A stretch of 49,132 nucleotides of DNA from an uncultured Clostridia bacterium (GTDB taxonomy: Bacteria > Bacillota > Clostridia > Oscillospirales > Ruminococcaceae), in NCBI GenBank assembly GCA_947631585.1, contig CANRLY010000001.1, positions 1 through 49,132 of the forward strand, given 5' to 3'. The translations under genes and the position numbers were made by a program. The notes beneath the pieces were generated by a model that worked only from the letters and a program-made list of their open reading frames with translations, had not been told where the DNA came from and made no database searches. Positions 19,133 to 27,139 of the stretch are shown here, piece by piece. Every line of letters begins with the position of its first letter. Position 1 is the first letter of the stretch.

Positions 19133-20955
19133 ATTCCCAGATACTCCTTCCAGAATTTCTCAGACGTCATCTGTTTCAGCGCTTTGCGGTAGGCTTTTTC
19201 TACTTTGGTATGGTTTTTGCGGTAATTTCCCATTGTAGTCATATACCGATCTATCAGTTCAAAACAGCGTTTGCGGTCTATTTCCCTCAGGCAGGCGGTC
19301 TGGTCGTTGGGGTTGACTGCTATCAGCCGTCTGCGTCTGTAGTTCTTTCCGGGAACGAAGAACCAGTCGAACGCTATTACTTCCGGCCATCTTCTGAGGA
19401 AGATATTCGGGAGCAGGTGACCGTTCAGAGTGACTATATACAAAAGCTTTTGCAGTTTGTTCAGTCTCTTATAGGAATACGGGTCGCCGTGGCTGATATT
19501 ATATTCTGCCGGAAATTCGCTTATGGGGATAAGCTTGTCGTTCTTGGCGCTGTGGGTCTTTATCGCCTCTTCGCCGTTTAATTTCACCAGGTAGCCCGGA
19601 CCTTTCATAAAGTCGTCCACCGCATCGAGTATCTGTTCGGCGTTGTTATAGGCGAACCTGGTCAGTTCTTTCCAGAAGAGTATTTTCAGCCTTCTGATAA
19701 AGTTTATATCCTTGCAGATGCCGCTTGCCGCCTGTATAACGAAGCTGTTGCGGTGCACCTGATAGAGTTCCATAGCGGTGTTGAATTTTCCTGCGAAGCC
19801 GACGTGCCAGATACAGATACCGTTCATGGTCATGAAGCTTGCCTTGTTTCTCAGGCTGAACTCCACGTCGTCACCCCTGACGAACACAGGCAGCGGCAGA
19901 CCGTTCTTTTCGATAAGCTCGGTAGGGATACAGCAGTACCACCAGCCGGCGTAGGAATTTTTCTGTTTTCTTTCGGACATCTTGTCGTTTCTGAGCAGCG
20001 AATCAACGTTGTTCATATCGAGCATATCCTTGAGCGGACCGTAGGAGGCGTCCCCCTTGTGGACATAGCCCACGTCCTCGTACTGTCTTTCTCTCATATC
20101 GTAGTCGAACATTGCGCCGCTGACGAAATCCTTTGCGTGTTCAGGTCTGACGATACGGAGCAGGTAGTAAGTCCTGAAAAGGCTTTCGCACATGATAAGC
20201 ACGTCGTCGTCCATCAGCAGTATATGAGTAGGTTTGGGGTCGAGGGCAAGGGATTCGATCATGCCTCTGGTAAAGCCGCCTGCGCCGCCCACGTTATTAT
20301 TGGGGATTATCCGCAGGTCCTTGCACTCAAGCGCTTCCTTATCAAGAGTACGGCCGTTATCTATGATATTGACTATGATATGGTCTTTCAGTTCGCTTCC
20401 TTTGCAAAGCACGTTTTCTTTCAGGAGGCGGATATTGTTTTTGATATAAGCTTCTTTCTTGAAAGTAGTGGATACCAGCGACAGATGGACGTCCCTGATA
20501 TTCTTGTCGTCCACCTCTGCCAGGTAGCAGCCGGAGTAGACTCTCAGGTCGTCCAGCGCAGTGAGCGAGAAAGCGACCATAGGCTTGTCAGTCGCCGGTA
20601 TATCTATTACTATATCGGTCTTTTCTTTGGAATTGATAGTCATGCGCAGGATAGTATTGCGGTTGACGTTTTTGGAATTTCTGTAGTATTCGGTAAATTC
20701 CACCACGCCCTTGCCTTTAAAGGTAAGTTTCAGTTTAAAGTTATCGGCATAGGTAAAGTTTTTCCATTTATCCACAGCAAGGTAGTTTATATACATAGCG
20801 AAGTCAACCACGTCATACTGTCTGATGATGTGGCATTTTTCCTTAGGGTCGTAGATCATAGCTCTGTCGTGGAGCAATCTGATATACTGACTGATATTAG
20901 CGTCCGTGTCCGCCTGCATTACGATGTTCTGCAATTTTACCAAAGAAGTTCCCAT
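19129..20955 (-). CDS. Large (608 aa) GT-A glycosyltransferase, candidate galactofuranosyltransferase
   Basis: DxD region THILLMDDDVLI. Its size and its position next to glf resemble GlfT2-type polymerising Galf transferases. The substrate assignment is inference. Confidence 0.7.
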   Translation of the reverse strand: MGTSLVKLQNIVMQADTDANISQYIRLLHDRAMIYDPKEKCHIIRQYDVVDFAMYINYLAVDKWKNFTYADNFKLKLTFKGKGVVEFTEYYRNSKNVNRNTILRMTINSKEKTDIVIDIPATDKPMVAFSLTALDDLRVYSGCYLAEVDDKNIRDVHLSLVSTTFKKEAYIKNNIRLLKENVLCKGSELKDHIIVNIIDNGRTLDKEALECKDLRIIPNNNVGGAGGFTRGMIESLALDPKPTHILLMDDDVLIMCESLFRTYYLLRIVRPEHAKDFVSGAMFDYDMRERQYEDVGYVHKGDASYGPLKDMLDMNNVDSLLRNDKMSERKQKNSYAGWWYCCIPTELIEKNGLPLPVFVRGDDVEFSLRNKASFMTMNGICIWHVGFAGKFNTAMELYQVHRNSFVIQAASGICKDINFIRRLKILFWKELTRFAYNNAEQILDAVDDFMKGPGYLVKLNGEEAIKTHSAKNDKLIPISEFPAEYNISHGDPYSYKRLNKLQKLLYIVTLNGHLLPNIFLRRWPEVIAFDWFFVPGKNYRRRRLIAVNPNDQTACLREIDRKRCFELIDRYMTTMGNYRKNHTKVEKAYRKALKQMTSEKFWKEYLGI

Positions 20956-21014
20956 TTTTCAATATCGACCTTTCTTTATAAGTTTTATTTAAGGCTTAGC
21001 GCAAAGCAACAGCA

Positions 21015-21848
21015 TCAATGTTTTCCTGCGGGCTTTTTTGCCGCCTGAAGTTTTTTCTTTTTCTCCTCAGCCTTCATAGCCTCGATAGTTTCGGTATACC
21101 GGCTGCAAACGTCCTCTATATCCCCCTGGCAGACCACGTTTCCGTTATTGAGCCACAGGGCTTTTTTGCACATAGTCCTTACGGTGGACATATTATGCGA
21201 AACGAACAGCAGCGTAGTTCCCTTGCTGAGCATATCGTTCATTTTGTTCATACATTTTTTCCGAAACAGCACGTCTCCCACCGAAAGAACCTCGTCCACT
21301 ATCAGGATATCAGGTTCGATCATAGTTGCCACGGAAAATCCCAGACGGGACTTCATACCTGAGGAAAAGTTCCTTACCGGAGAGTCTAAAAATTCTTCCA
21401 GCTCAGAAAACTCCACTATCTCGTCAAATTTTTCATCTATGAACTTTTTAGAATACCCCAGGATACAGCCGTTGAGGTAGATATTTTCCCTGGCGGTGAG
21501 TTTGGGGTCTATGCCTGCGCCCAGTTCTATAAGCGAAGCGATACTGCCCTTTACGGTGACGCTGCCCTTATAGGGTTTCAAAATTTTGCTTATGACCTTG
21601 AGCAGAGTGGATTTGCCGCTTCCGTTAGTGCCGATTATCGCCCAGGCTTCGCCTTTTTTCACATGGAGCGACACATCTTTCAGCGCCAGGAACTCCTGAA
21701 ACATAAGCTCGTGTTTTACCAGCTTGACAAAATACTCTTTCAGGTCGTTTATTTTTTCAGTCGCCTTATTAAAGCGGACGGTGACGTTATCCACCGAAAT
21801 GACATAATCTTCGTTTGTTTCAAGTATTTCGCTCATATGAGTTATCAC
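21015..21848 (-). CDS. Polysaccharide/teichoic-acid export ABC transporter ATP-binding protein (Wzt/TagH-like)
   Basis: Walker A GTNGSGKSTLLK, signature FSSGMKSRLGFSVA, Walker B ILIVDEVLSVGD. The C-terminal tail is lysine-rich. The start is uncertain (GTG 21848 or ATG 21836). Confidence 0.88.
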   Translation of the reverse strand: MITHMSEILETNEDYVISVDNVTVRFNKATEKINDLKEYFVKLVKHELMFQEFLALKDVSLHVKKGEAWAIIGTNGSGKSTLLKVISKILKPYKGSVTVKGSIASLIELGAGIDPKLTARENIYLNGCILGYSKKFIDEKFDEIVEFSELEEFLDSPVRNFSSGMKSRLGFSVATMIEPDILIVDEVLSVGDVLFRKKCMNKMNDMLSKGTTLLFVSHNMSTVRTMCKKALWLNNGNVVCQGDIEDVCSRYTETIEAMKAEEKKKKLQAAKKPAGKH

Positions 21849-21863
21849 ACTTCCTATTTCGGA

Positions 21864-22757
21864 TCAAATATAGAGGATAAACTTATCCTGTGACCGTTTG
21901 AAGAAAAACACTCCTATCGCAAACATTGCCAGCGCATAGAGGCTTCCCAGCAAAAAGTCCTGAGAGGTCACCTGTGCATAGGCGGATACCTTATCCAGCG
22001 ACGGCACCCATATAAAGTATCTGAACTGCTTCATATAGATATAGATAGGGTTGAATTTTTCTATGATGAAAGCCAGGTGTGCCGCATAGGGAGCAGTTCC
22101 CTGAGCTATCTGTTTTTCTGCCTTGCTGTAGAACATACCTATATCGTAGAAGATAGCCGAGCAGTACATCCACATAGTCATCACTGCGTTATAGATATAT
22201 CTTATATCTCTGAAGAACACATGGAGCTGTGCCAGGAAGAATCCCAGTCCCATTGCGAAAACATACGCCTGTATTATAGGGATAACTATTGCCAGGTTCC
22301 AAAGTGAGAACATACACTTTCCCTCTGTGATGGAAAAGACCAGCATCACTATAAACAGCGCCCCAAGGCTGAAAACAAAGTCCACCATAGAGGAGGTTAT
22401 TTTTGAAAGGGGGAACATGAACTTTGACACATAGGTCTTTTTCAGCAGCGTAGTGTTGTCGGTGATGCCGCTGAGAGCCTTTCCGCTTGACTGGTGGACA
22501 AATTCAAACATAGTTCGTCCGGCAAGCAGGTAGATGGGGAAGTATGCAAGGTTCCTCTGAAACAGGAAGGAGAACACCACTGACATTATCACCATGATAA
22601 GAAGCGGGTTCAGCACGCTCCACACATACCCAAGGAAGCTTCTTCTGTATTTAAGTTTGATATCCCTGGTCACCAGCTGGATAAGCAGGTCTTTATATTT
22701 GAATACCTCTCTGAAAGAGCCCTCAGGAGGATTCTTGATCTTTTCGATAACTGACAT
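21864..22757 (-). CDS. ABC-2 type polysaccharide export permease (Wzm/TagG-like)
   Basis: N-terminal RDIKLKYRRSFLGYVWSVLNPLL is typical of the ABC-2 family. Six TM segments. It lies directly upstream of the Wzt-like ATPase. Confidence 0.88.
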   Translation of the reverse strand: MSVIEKIKNPPEGSFREVFKYKDLLIQLVTRDIKLKYRRSFLGYVWSVLNPLLIMVIMSVVFSFLFQRNLAYFPIYLLAGRTMFEFVHQSSGKALSGITDNTTLLKKTYVSKFMFPLSKITSSMVDFVFSLGALFIVMLVFSITEGKCMFSLWNLAIVIPIIQAYVFAMGLGFFLAQLHVFFRDIRYIYNAVMTMWMYCSAIFYDIGMFYSKAEKQIAQGTAPYAAHLAFIIEKFNPIYIYMKQFRYFIWVPSLDKVSAYAQVTSQDFLLGSLYALAMFAIGVFFFKRSQDKFILYI

Positions 22758-22772
22758 CTGATCCCTCCGAAA

Positions 22773-23810
22773 TCAATTGAAGTCGTGGTTGTTCCTGAGC
22801 TTATTGTAAAGCTCGGAATCCTTTACCGCCGTCCAGGCGTTTTTGCTGAGCCCCAGCAGGTTCATTGACCTGAAAACGCTGTACTGCCTGACAGCCAGCC
22901 GATAGGTCTCAGGCATACTGCGGCGGAATTTTTCCATCATCAGGTCGCCCATACGTCTGCCCTTTGTCCGGTCTTTCTCCACAAGCAAAGCGGTGGTGAC
23001 AAAGCTGAGAAGCAGTCCCTGGGCTTTCATGCAGTAAAACCTCATGCCGGCGCTGTCCTCATCGAGACTGAGCTTGTCCATTTGGCGGATAAAGCAGTCA
23101 AGCACCTTTGCGGTATGGGAGATACGCCGCAGCTGATTTATATCGGAAACGCTCTGGGAGGAGTCCCCTATGCGGTAGTTATACAGGAAAATATCTATGG
23201 GGAAAACGCTTTGCGCATAGCAGCATGGGACAGTCGCATACAGGTGGTCCTCATAGAAAACGTGTTCCGGCAGCTGCATACAGTGGGCTTTGTAGAAGTC
23301 GGTGCGGTAGATGATACCGTGGAAAGTCAGGCTTCTGTCAAAGCTTTTCCAGCTGCTCATCACCTGTTCCATAGTATAGGAGACGCCAAACTCCTCCGGG
23401 AAAGACCTCCACTTTTTCACTTCGCCGGTGAGCTGGTCTCTTGTATAATGGTGAGCCAAAGCCACGTCTGCCCGGCAGTTTTCCAGCTGTTCTATCAGTC
23501 CGGGAAGATTCTCGGTCTCAACCCAGTCGTCGGCGTCCACGGCTTTAAGGAATTTCCCCTGAGCAGCGGAACACCCGGTATTCAGCGCACCGCCGTGACC
23601 TTTGTTCTCCTGGGATATCACCCTGAAAGAATCGGGGTACATCTGACAGTATTTTTCAGCCACCGACAGCGTAGAGTCCTCAGACCCGTCATTGACCGTT
23701 ATCACTTCTATTTTGTCCATCACCTCCTGGTTTATAAAAGAGGTAAGGCATTTGTCAAGAAATTTTTCGCAGTTGTAAGACGGCACGATAAAAGAAATTA
23801 TCTTTTCCAT
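22773..23810 (-). CDS. Family 2 glycosyltransferase
   Basis: FIVPSYNCEKFLDKCLTS..VNDGSEDST..DADDW: classic GT2 N-terminal fold with a DxD motif. Confidence 0.88.
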   Translation of the reverse strand: MEKIISFIVPSYNCEKFLDKCLTSFINQEVMDKIEVITVNDGSEDSTLSVAEKYCQMYPDSFRVISQENKGHGGALNTGCSAAQGKFLKAVDADDWVETENLPGLIEQLENCRADVALAHHYTRDQLTGEVKKWRSFPEEFGVSYTMEQVMSSWKSFDRSLTFHGIIYRTDFYKAHCMQLPEHVFYEDHLYATVPCCYAQSVFPIDIFLYNYRIGDSSQSVSDINQLRRISHTAKVLDCFIRQMDKLSLDEDSAGMRFYCMKAQGLLLSFVTTALLVEKDRTKGRRMGDLMMEKFRRSMPETYRLAVRQYSVFRSMNLLGLSKNAWTAVKDSELYNKLRNNHDFN

Positions 23811-24628
23811 CAGCTATCCTTTCGTTTGCTGCGGCTCAGTTTTCCGAGCCGGTTTTCAAAAATTCCCGCAAACATCGCCCTCAGCGCATTTGCAGCGGAG
23901 ATATCCTTTGAATAGAGCTTGTGTTTTGCAGCGGCGTAATATACGGCGTAGACCGCCGCAAGGGGAAGCCCCAGCACATATCTTGTAGTATTTCCCCGAT
24001 CTTTGAAGAATTTTTCGTTGTATCCGCCAAACCAGGTGGAGCTTGTCTGCTTCACCGAAGCTATCACCGACGGCACATAATATATCCTCAGTCCGGCTTT
24101 TTCACAGTCGCAGAGAAATTTAAGCTCCTCCTCTGCGCCGTTTCCCGTGCCTGCGCCCATAAGTTCGTCAAACCTCACCCCAGTGCGCATAAGAGAAGCT
24201 CTTTTGAAAGAGATCTGCCAGGAACTGACTTTCATGGTCAGGGGAAACCTGAGCCGCATTACCTTGTCTTTGAAAGAGGGCGGACGGTCAGCCATTTTGA
24301 AAATTATAACGTCCGCATCAGGGAGCTTGCGGTAAGCGGTGAGTATCTTCTGCCTGTAGTCCGATAGGAACACTTCGTCGTCGTCGCAAAGTATGCAAAT
24401 ATCCGCAGCGGACTTCTCCAGAGCCATGTTGCGGCTTTTGGTAAGCCCCCTCTGGGTGGTGTGGAAAATTTTTGCCAAGCCGTTTTCGGTGGGAAAGATC
24501 TCCATACCGCTCAGATCGCACTGGTTTATAACTATGGCGTTCCCGGTTATGCGGGTCTTTAGAACTATGTCACTGTTCTTCTGGTGCATACACGAAAGCA
24601 GCACGTCCAGTTTAAGAGTATTTTTCAT
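23810..24628 (-). CDS. GT-A fold glycosyltransferase
   Basis: Has a DxD motif (ILCDDDEVF) and a 1-nt overlap with the downstream GT2. It is the first gene after the consensus promoter at 24673-24701. Confidence 0.7.
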   Translation of the reverse strand: MKNTLKLDVLLSCMHQKNSDIVLKTRITGNAIVINQCDLSGMEIFPTENGLAKIFHTTQRGLTKSRNMALEKSAADICILCDDDEVFLSDYRQKILTAYRKLPDADVIIFKMADRPPSFKDKVMRLRFPLTMKVSSWQISFKRASLMRTGVRFDELMGAGTGNGAEEELKFLCDCEKAGLRIYYVPSVIASVKQTSSTWFGGYNEKFFKDRGNTTRYVLGLPLAAVYAVYYAAAKHKLYSKDISAANALRAMFAGIFENRLGKLSRSKRKDS

Positions 24629-24672
24629 ATAAATCCGCCGCCCATACGATCAGAACACAAATTTATTCTGTT

Positions 24673-24701
24673 ATTATAACACATTTAATTGCCCGTGTCA
24701 A
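24673..24701 (-). promoter_or_regulatory. Consensus sigma-A promoter of the glycan cluster
   Basis: The minus strand reads CTTGACACGGGCA..TGTTATAAT: TTGACA (24701-24696), 17-nt spacer, TATAAT (24678-24673). It lies ~45 nt upstream of the ATG at 24628. Confidence 0.65.
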
Positions 24702-24861
24702 GTAATTGGGAAATTAAGGGCGAAAACAGCCGATTGGGAGAATAGCGCAAAAAAAGTCCGCACAAGACCTTGTACGAACTGTAAAACATCAAATCAAACC
24801 TCAAAAACCGCCAAACTAAAGCAATAAAATCTGAACTTATAGAAGAATTTCCGGTTTTCAA

Positions 24862-24890
24862 AGAAAATCGCCGTCACCATCATGACGGCG
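24862..24890 (-). terminator. Second (distal) intrinsic terminator after the tRNA genes
   Basis: CGCCGTCA-CCATCA-TGACGGCG. On the minus strand it is followed by ATTTTCTTT. Confidence 0.65.
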
Positions 24891-25000
24891 AAGGAAATTT
24901 CTTAAATCCCAAACGCAAAGCGGTAATACCCAGATAGAAAATCCCCAACTAAGTAATAAAATCTGAACTAACAGAAGAATCGCTCGTTTTTCGTTTTTAA

Positions 25001-25032
25001 ACGAAAATCGTCGCCACAATATATGGCGACGA
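25001..25032 (-). terminator. Intrinsic terminator immediately downstream of tRNA-Glu
   Basis: TCGTCGCCA-(7 nt)-TGGCGACGA 9-bp stem. On the minus strand it is followed by TTTTCGTTT. Confidence 0.7.
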
Positions 25033-25062
25033 AGCGATTCTTCATGCTTACGAAGTAAGCAT

Positions 25063-25137
25063 TGGTGACCCCTACGGGAATTGAACCCATGATTACGCCG
25101 TGAAAGGGCGTCGTCTTAACCTCTTGACCAAGGGGCC
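25063..25137 (-). tRNA. tRNA-Glu (anticodon UUC), encoded CCA end
   Basis: The reverse complement is GGCCCCTTGGTCAAGAGGTTAAGACGACGCCCTTTCACGGCGTAATCATGGGTTCAATTCCCGTAGGGGTCACCA. It has a 7-bp acceptor stem, anticodon loop CTTTCAC and a GGTTCAATTCC T-arm. Confidence 0.93.
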
Positions 25138-25140
25138 GAA

Positions 25141-25469
25141 TATTTGCGGCAGACATACCGCCAAACGCTGACGCTTGCAAACTTCCCACTATAGGGAAAT
25201 GCCGACTTCCCACAAAGGGAAAACTGCCGGACTGCTAAACTATAGCTCTTGCTATGCCTTGTGTGGCACGTCTCCGGCTGCTAGCTACCGGCGTTTGCCC
25301 GACTTCCCACCATGGGAAAGTTACCGGACTGCTGAACCCTAGCTGCTGCAACGCCTTGTGCGATACGTCTCCGGCTGCTAGCTACTAGCATTTGTCCGAC
25401 TTCCCACCATGGGAAAGTTACCAGACTGCTGAATCCTAGCTGCTACAACACATTTACGGCACCAGCCGG
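25141..25469. repeat. 97-nt tandem repeat array (about 3.4 copies) filling the tRNA-Met/tRNA-Glu spacer
   Basis: Units start with CCGACTTCCCAC at 25202, 25299 and 25396 (period exactly 97). A partial unit lies at 25141-25201 and the last unit is truncated at the tRNA-Met 3' end. Every unit carries a TTCCC-loop-GGGAA hairpin. Confidence 0.85.
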
Positions 25470-25546
25470 TGGTAGCGGCAGTGGGACTTGAACCTACGAC
25501 CTACCGGGTATGAACCGGTTGCTCTAGCCAGCTGAGCTATGCCGCC
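25470..25546 (-). tRNA. tRNA-Met (anticodon CAU), elongator type, encoded CCA end
   Basis: The reverse complement is GGCGGCATAGCTCAGCTGGCTAGAGCAACCGGTTCATACCCGGTAGGTCGTAGGTTCAAGTCCCACTGCCGCTACCA. The anticodon loop is TTCATAC. It lacks the three consecutive G-C pairs of initiator anticodon stems. A lysidine tRNA-Ile2 cannot be fully excluded. Confidence 0.88.
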
Positions 25547-25578
25547 ATTTTAGTCGCTGCTTTTATAGCGACTTATTT

Positions 25579-25607
25579 ATTATACACTAAGTCTTTGAAC
25601 GAATCAA
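25579..25607 (-). promoter_or_regulatory. Sigma-A type promoter of the tRNA operon
   Basis: The minus strand reads TTGATT (25607-25602), a 17-nt spacer, then TATAAT (25584-25579). A short AGTCGCT/AGCGACT hairpin lies between it and the tRNA-Met 5' end. Confidence 0.6.
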
Positions 25608-25651
25608 TAACTTTTTGTAAACAAATCAACACTATCAGCGCCCAGCCGGAC

Positions 25652-26599
25652 TTATTCTTCCAGGTCTTTGTCGATAATGAACTTGGGTCTGGCTTTGGTC
25701 TCAAGATATATTTTGCCGATGTATTCGCCGATTATGCCTATGGCAAGCAGCTGCAAACCGCCTATTCCCCAGATGGAAATAACAATGGTCGCCCAGCCCT
25801 GAACGGTCTTTCCCAGAAAATAAGTTACCAGAAAGTATATCAGCATTGCGATGGATACCCCGAACAGAAGCACTCCCAGAAAGGTTATGAAGCGGATAGG
25901 TTTTACAGAAAGGCTGGTTATTCCCTCAAAGGCAAAAGAAAGCATTTTTTTCAGCGGATACTTGGATTCTCCGGCGGCACGCTTGCTGCGCTCGTATTCC
26001 ACAACGCCGGTCTTGAATCCCACCAGGTGAACTAACCCGCGCAGAAATAAATTTACTTCCTTGAACTCAGAAAGCGCCTCCAGCGCACGCTTGCTCATAA
26101 GACGGTAGTCGGCGTGGTTGTAAGTTATCTCAACACCCATTTTTTCAAGGACTTTGTAGTAACCCTGAGCGGTGAACTTTTTGAACTTGGTGTCAGAAGC
26201 ACGGCTGGAACGCACCCCGTAAACTATCTCGCAGCCCTCGTTTCGCTTTTCCAGAAAACCGTCTATGGCGTTAACGTCGTCCTGTAGGTCGGCGTCCATG
26301 GAAATGACGATATCCGCCCTGCCCTTGGCGGTCATAAGCCCGGCAAGCAGCGCATTCTGGTGACCTCTGTTGCGTGAAAGCTTTATTCCCACAAACAGAT
26401 CGTCTGAACTGTGAAGCGATTCGATAAGCTCCCACGTCTTGTCTTTAGAACCGTCGTCCACAAACATTACCCTGCTGGCGGACGAGATCTTTCCGCCGGC
26501 TATGAGCTGTTCTATCTTCTCTTTCAAAGCCTTTGAAGTTATGGGCAGTACAGCCTCCTCGTTGTAACAAGGTATCACTATATAAAGTATCTCAGCCAT
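25652..26599 (-). CDS. Polyprenyl-phosphate glycosyltransferase (GtrB/CsbB-like GT2)
   Basis: IVIPCYNEE, FVDDGSKDKT, SRNRGHQNALLAG, MDADLQDD, and two C-terminal TM helices ending in IGEYIGKIYLETKARPKFII: the hallmark GtrB architecture. The SD is AAAGGAG. Confidence 0.9.
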   Translation of the reverse strand: MAEILYIVIPCYNEEAVLPITSKALKEKIEQLIAGGKISSASRVMFVDDGSKDKTWELIESLHSSDDLFVGIKLSRNRGHQNALLAGLMTAKGRADIVISMDADLQDDVNAIDGFLEKRNEGCEIVYGVRSSRASDTKFKKFTAQGYYKVLEKMGVEITYNHADYRLMSKRALEALSEFKEVNLFLRGLVHLVGFKTGVVEYERSKRAAGESKYPLKKMLSFAFEGITSLSVKPIRFITFLGVLLFGVSIAMLIYFLVTYFLGKTVQGWATIVISIWGIGGLQLLAIGIIGEYIGKIYLETKARPKFIIDKDLEE

Positions 26600-26612
26600 A
26601 GTAATTCTCCTT

Positions 26613-27119
26613 TTCTTTTTTTGGGGGGACCTTTCTGAAGAAAGGTTTTCCCCTCTCTTCCGTAGGAAGAGTTGACCCCATCACTAAAACTTTTATGTTT
26701 TTTAACGAGGGGCAATTACCTTTTTATAATATGTAAAAAACACAAACTTTCGCTGCTTCTTGATAAGAAATTACCCCTCGTCAAAAACAATATTAAAGTC
26801 TTTGTAAAGGGCATGAGGAATAACCATTTTTCATAAAAGTTTTCCTCAAAAAAACAGGTACATTAAATAATTTAAACTTTATTTCCTGTTTCTGCTCTGC
26901 TGTTTGCGGAGACCCGTTTTGAAAAAAGTTCTTCTCCAAACTTCTCACTGAAACTTTCATATTATTTTTTGGCGATGGGTAATTTACCTTTTAAAAAAAG
27001 CTAAAAGTACAACTTGTCGCTAATTCTAAAAACAAATTACCCTTTGCCAAAAACAGCATAAAAGTCTTTGGTAGGGGGTATGGGGGAGACCTTTCTTCAG
27101 AAAGGTTTCCCCCAAAAAA
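26613..27119. repeat. AT-rich structured intergenic element: inverted G/C-clamped hairpins bracketing two ~107-nt direct repeats
   Basis: T-run plus hairpin GGGGGGACCTTTC-TGAA-GAAAGGTTTTCCCC lies at 26616-26653. Its inverted counterpart plus an A-run lies at 27082-27119. Direct repeats lie at 26705-26811 and 26971-27078, each with a long-range stem (ACGAGGGGCAATT/AAATTACCCCTCGT; GGCGATGGGTAATTT/AAATTACCCTTTGCC). Confidence 0.75.
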
Positions 27120-27139
27120 GCAAAGCAAAAAGGGGAAAG

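Larger units (their letters stand above)
24823..25050. repeat. Two copies of a ~95-nt module (period 131 nt), each containing an intrinsic terminator
   Basis: AATAAAATCTGAACT..AGAAGAAT..GAAAATCG-hairpin-..TTC occurs starting at 24823 and at 24954. In each copy the outer arms (GAAGAATCGCT/AGCGATTCTTC; GAAATTTCC/GGAAATTC) can close around the inner terminator hairpin. Confidence 0.75.

Noticed and set aside
17251-21048. Long plus-strand ORFs (17251-18174, 19753-21048, also 23082-23915, 27233-28123, 28340-29167) opposite glf, the GTs, tatD and serS
   Set aside because: Each is antisense to a gene with unmistakable family motifs. Their products are unrecognisable, with no ribosome-binding sites. 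They are shadow ORFs.
26793-26960. 55-aa minus-strand ORF (MKVSVRSLEKNFFQ...) inside the AT-rich island
   Set aside because: There is no Shine-Dalgarno upstream (CCAAAAAATAAT precedes the ATG). The composition is lysine/phenylalanine-rich, as expected from AT-rich DNA. It overlaps the structured repeats.
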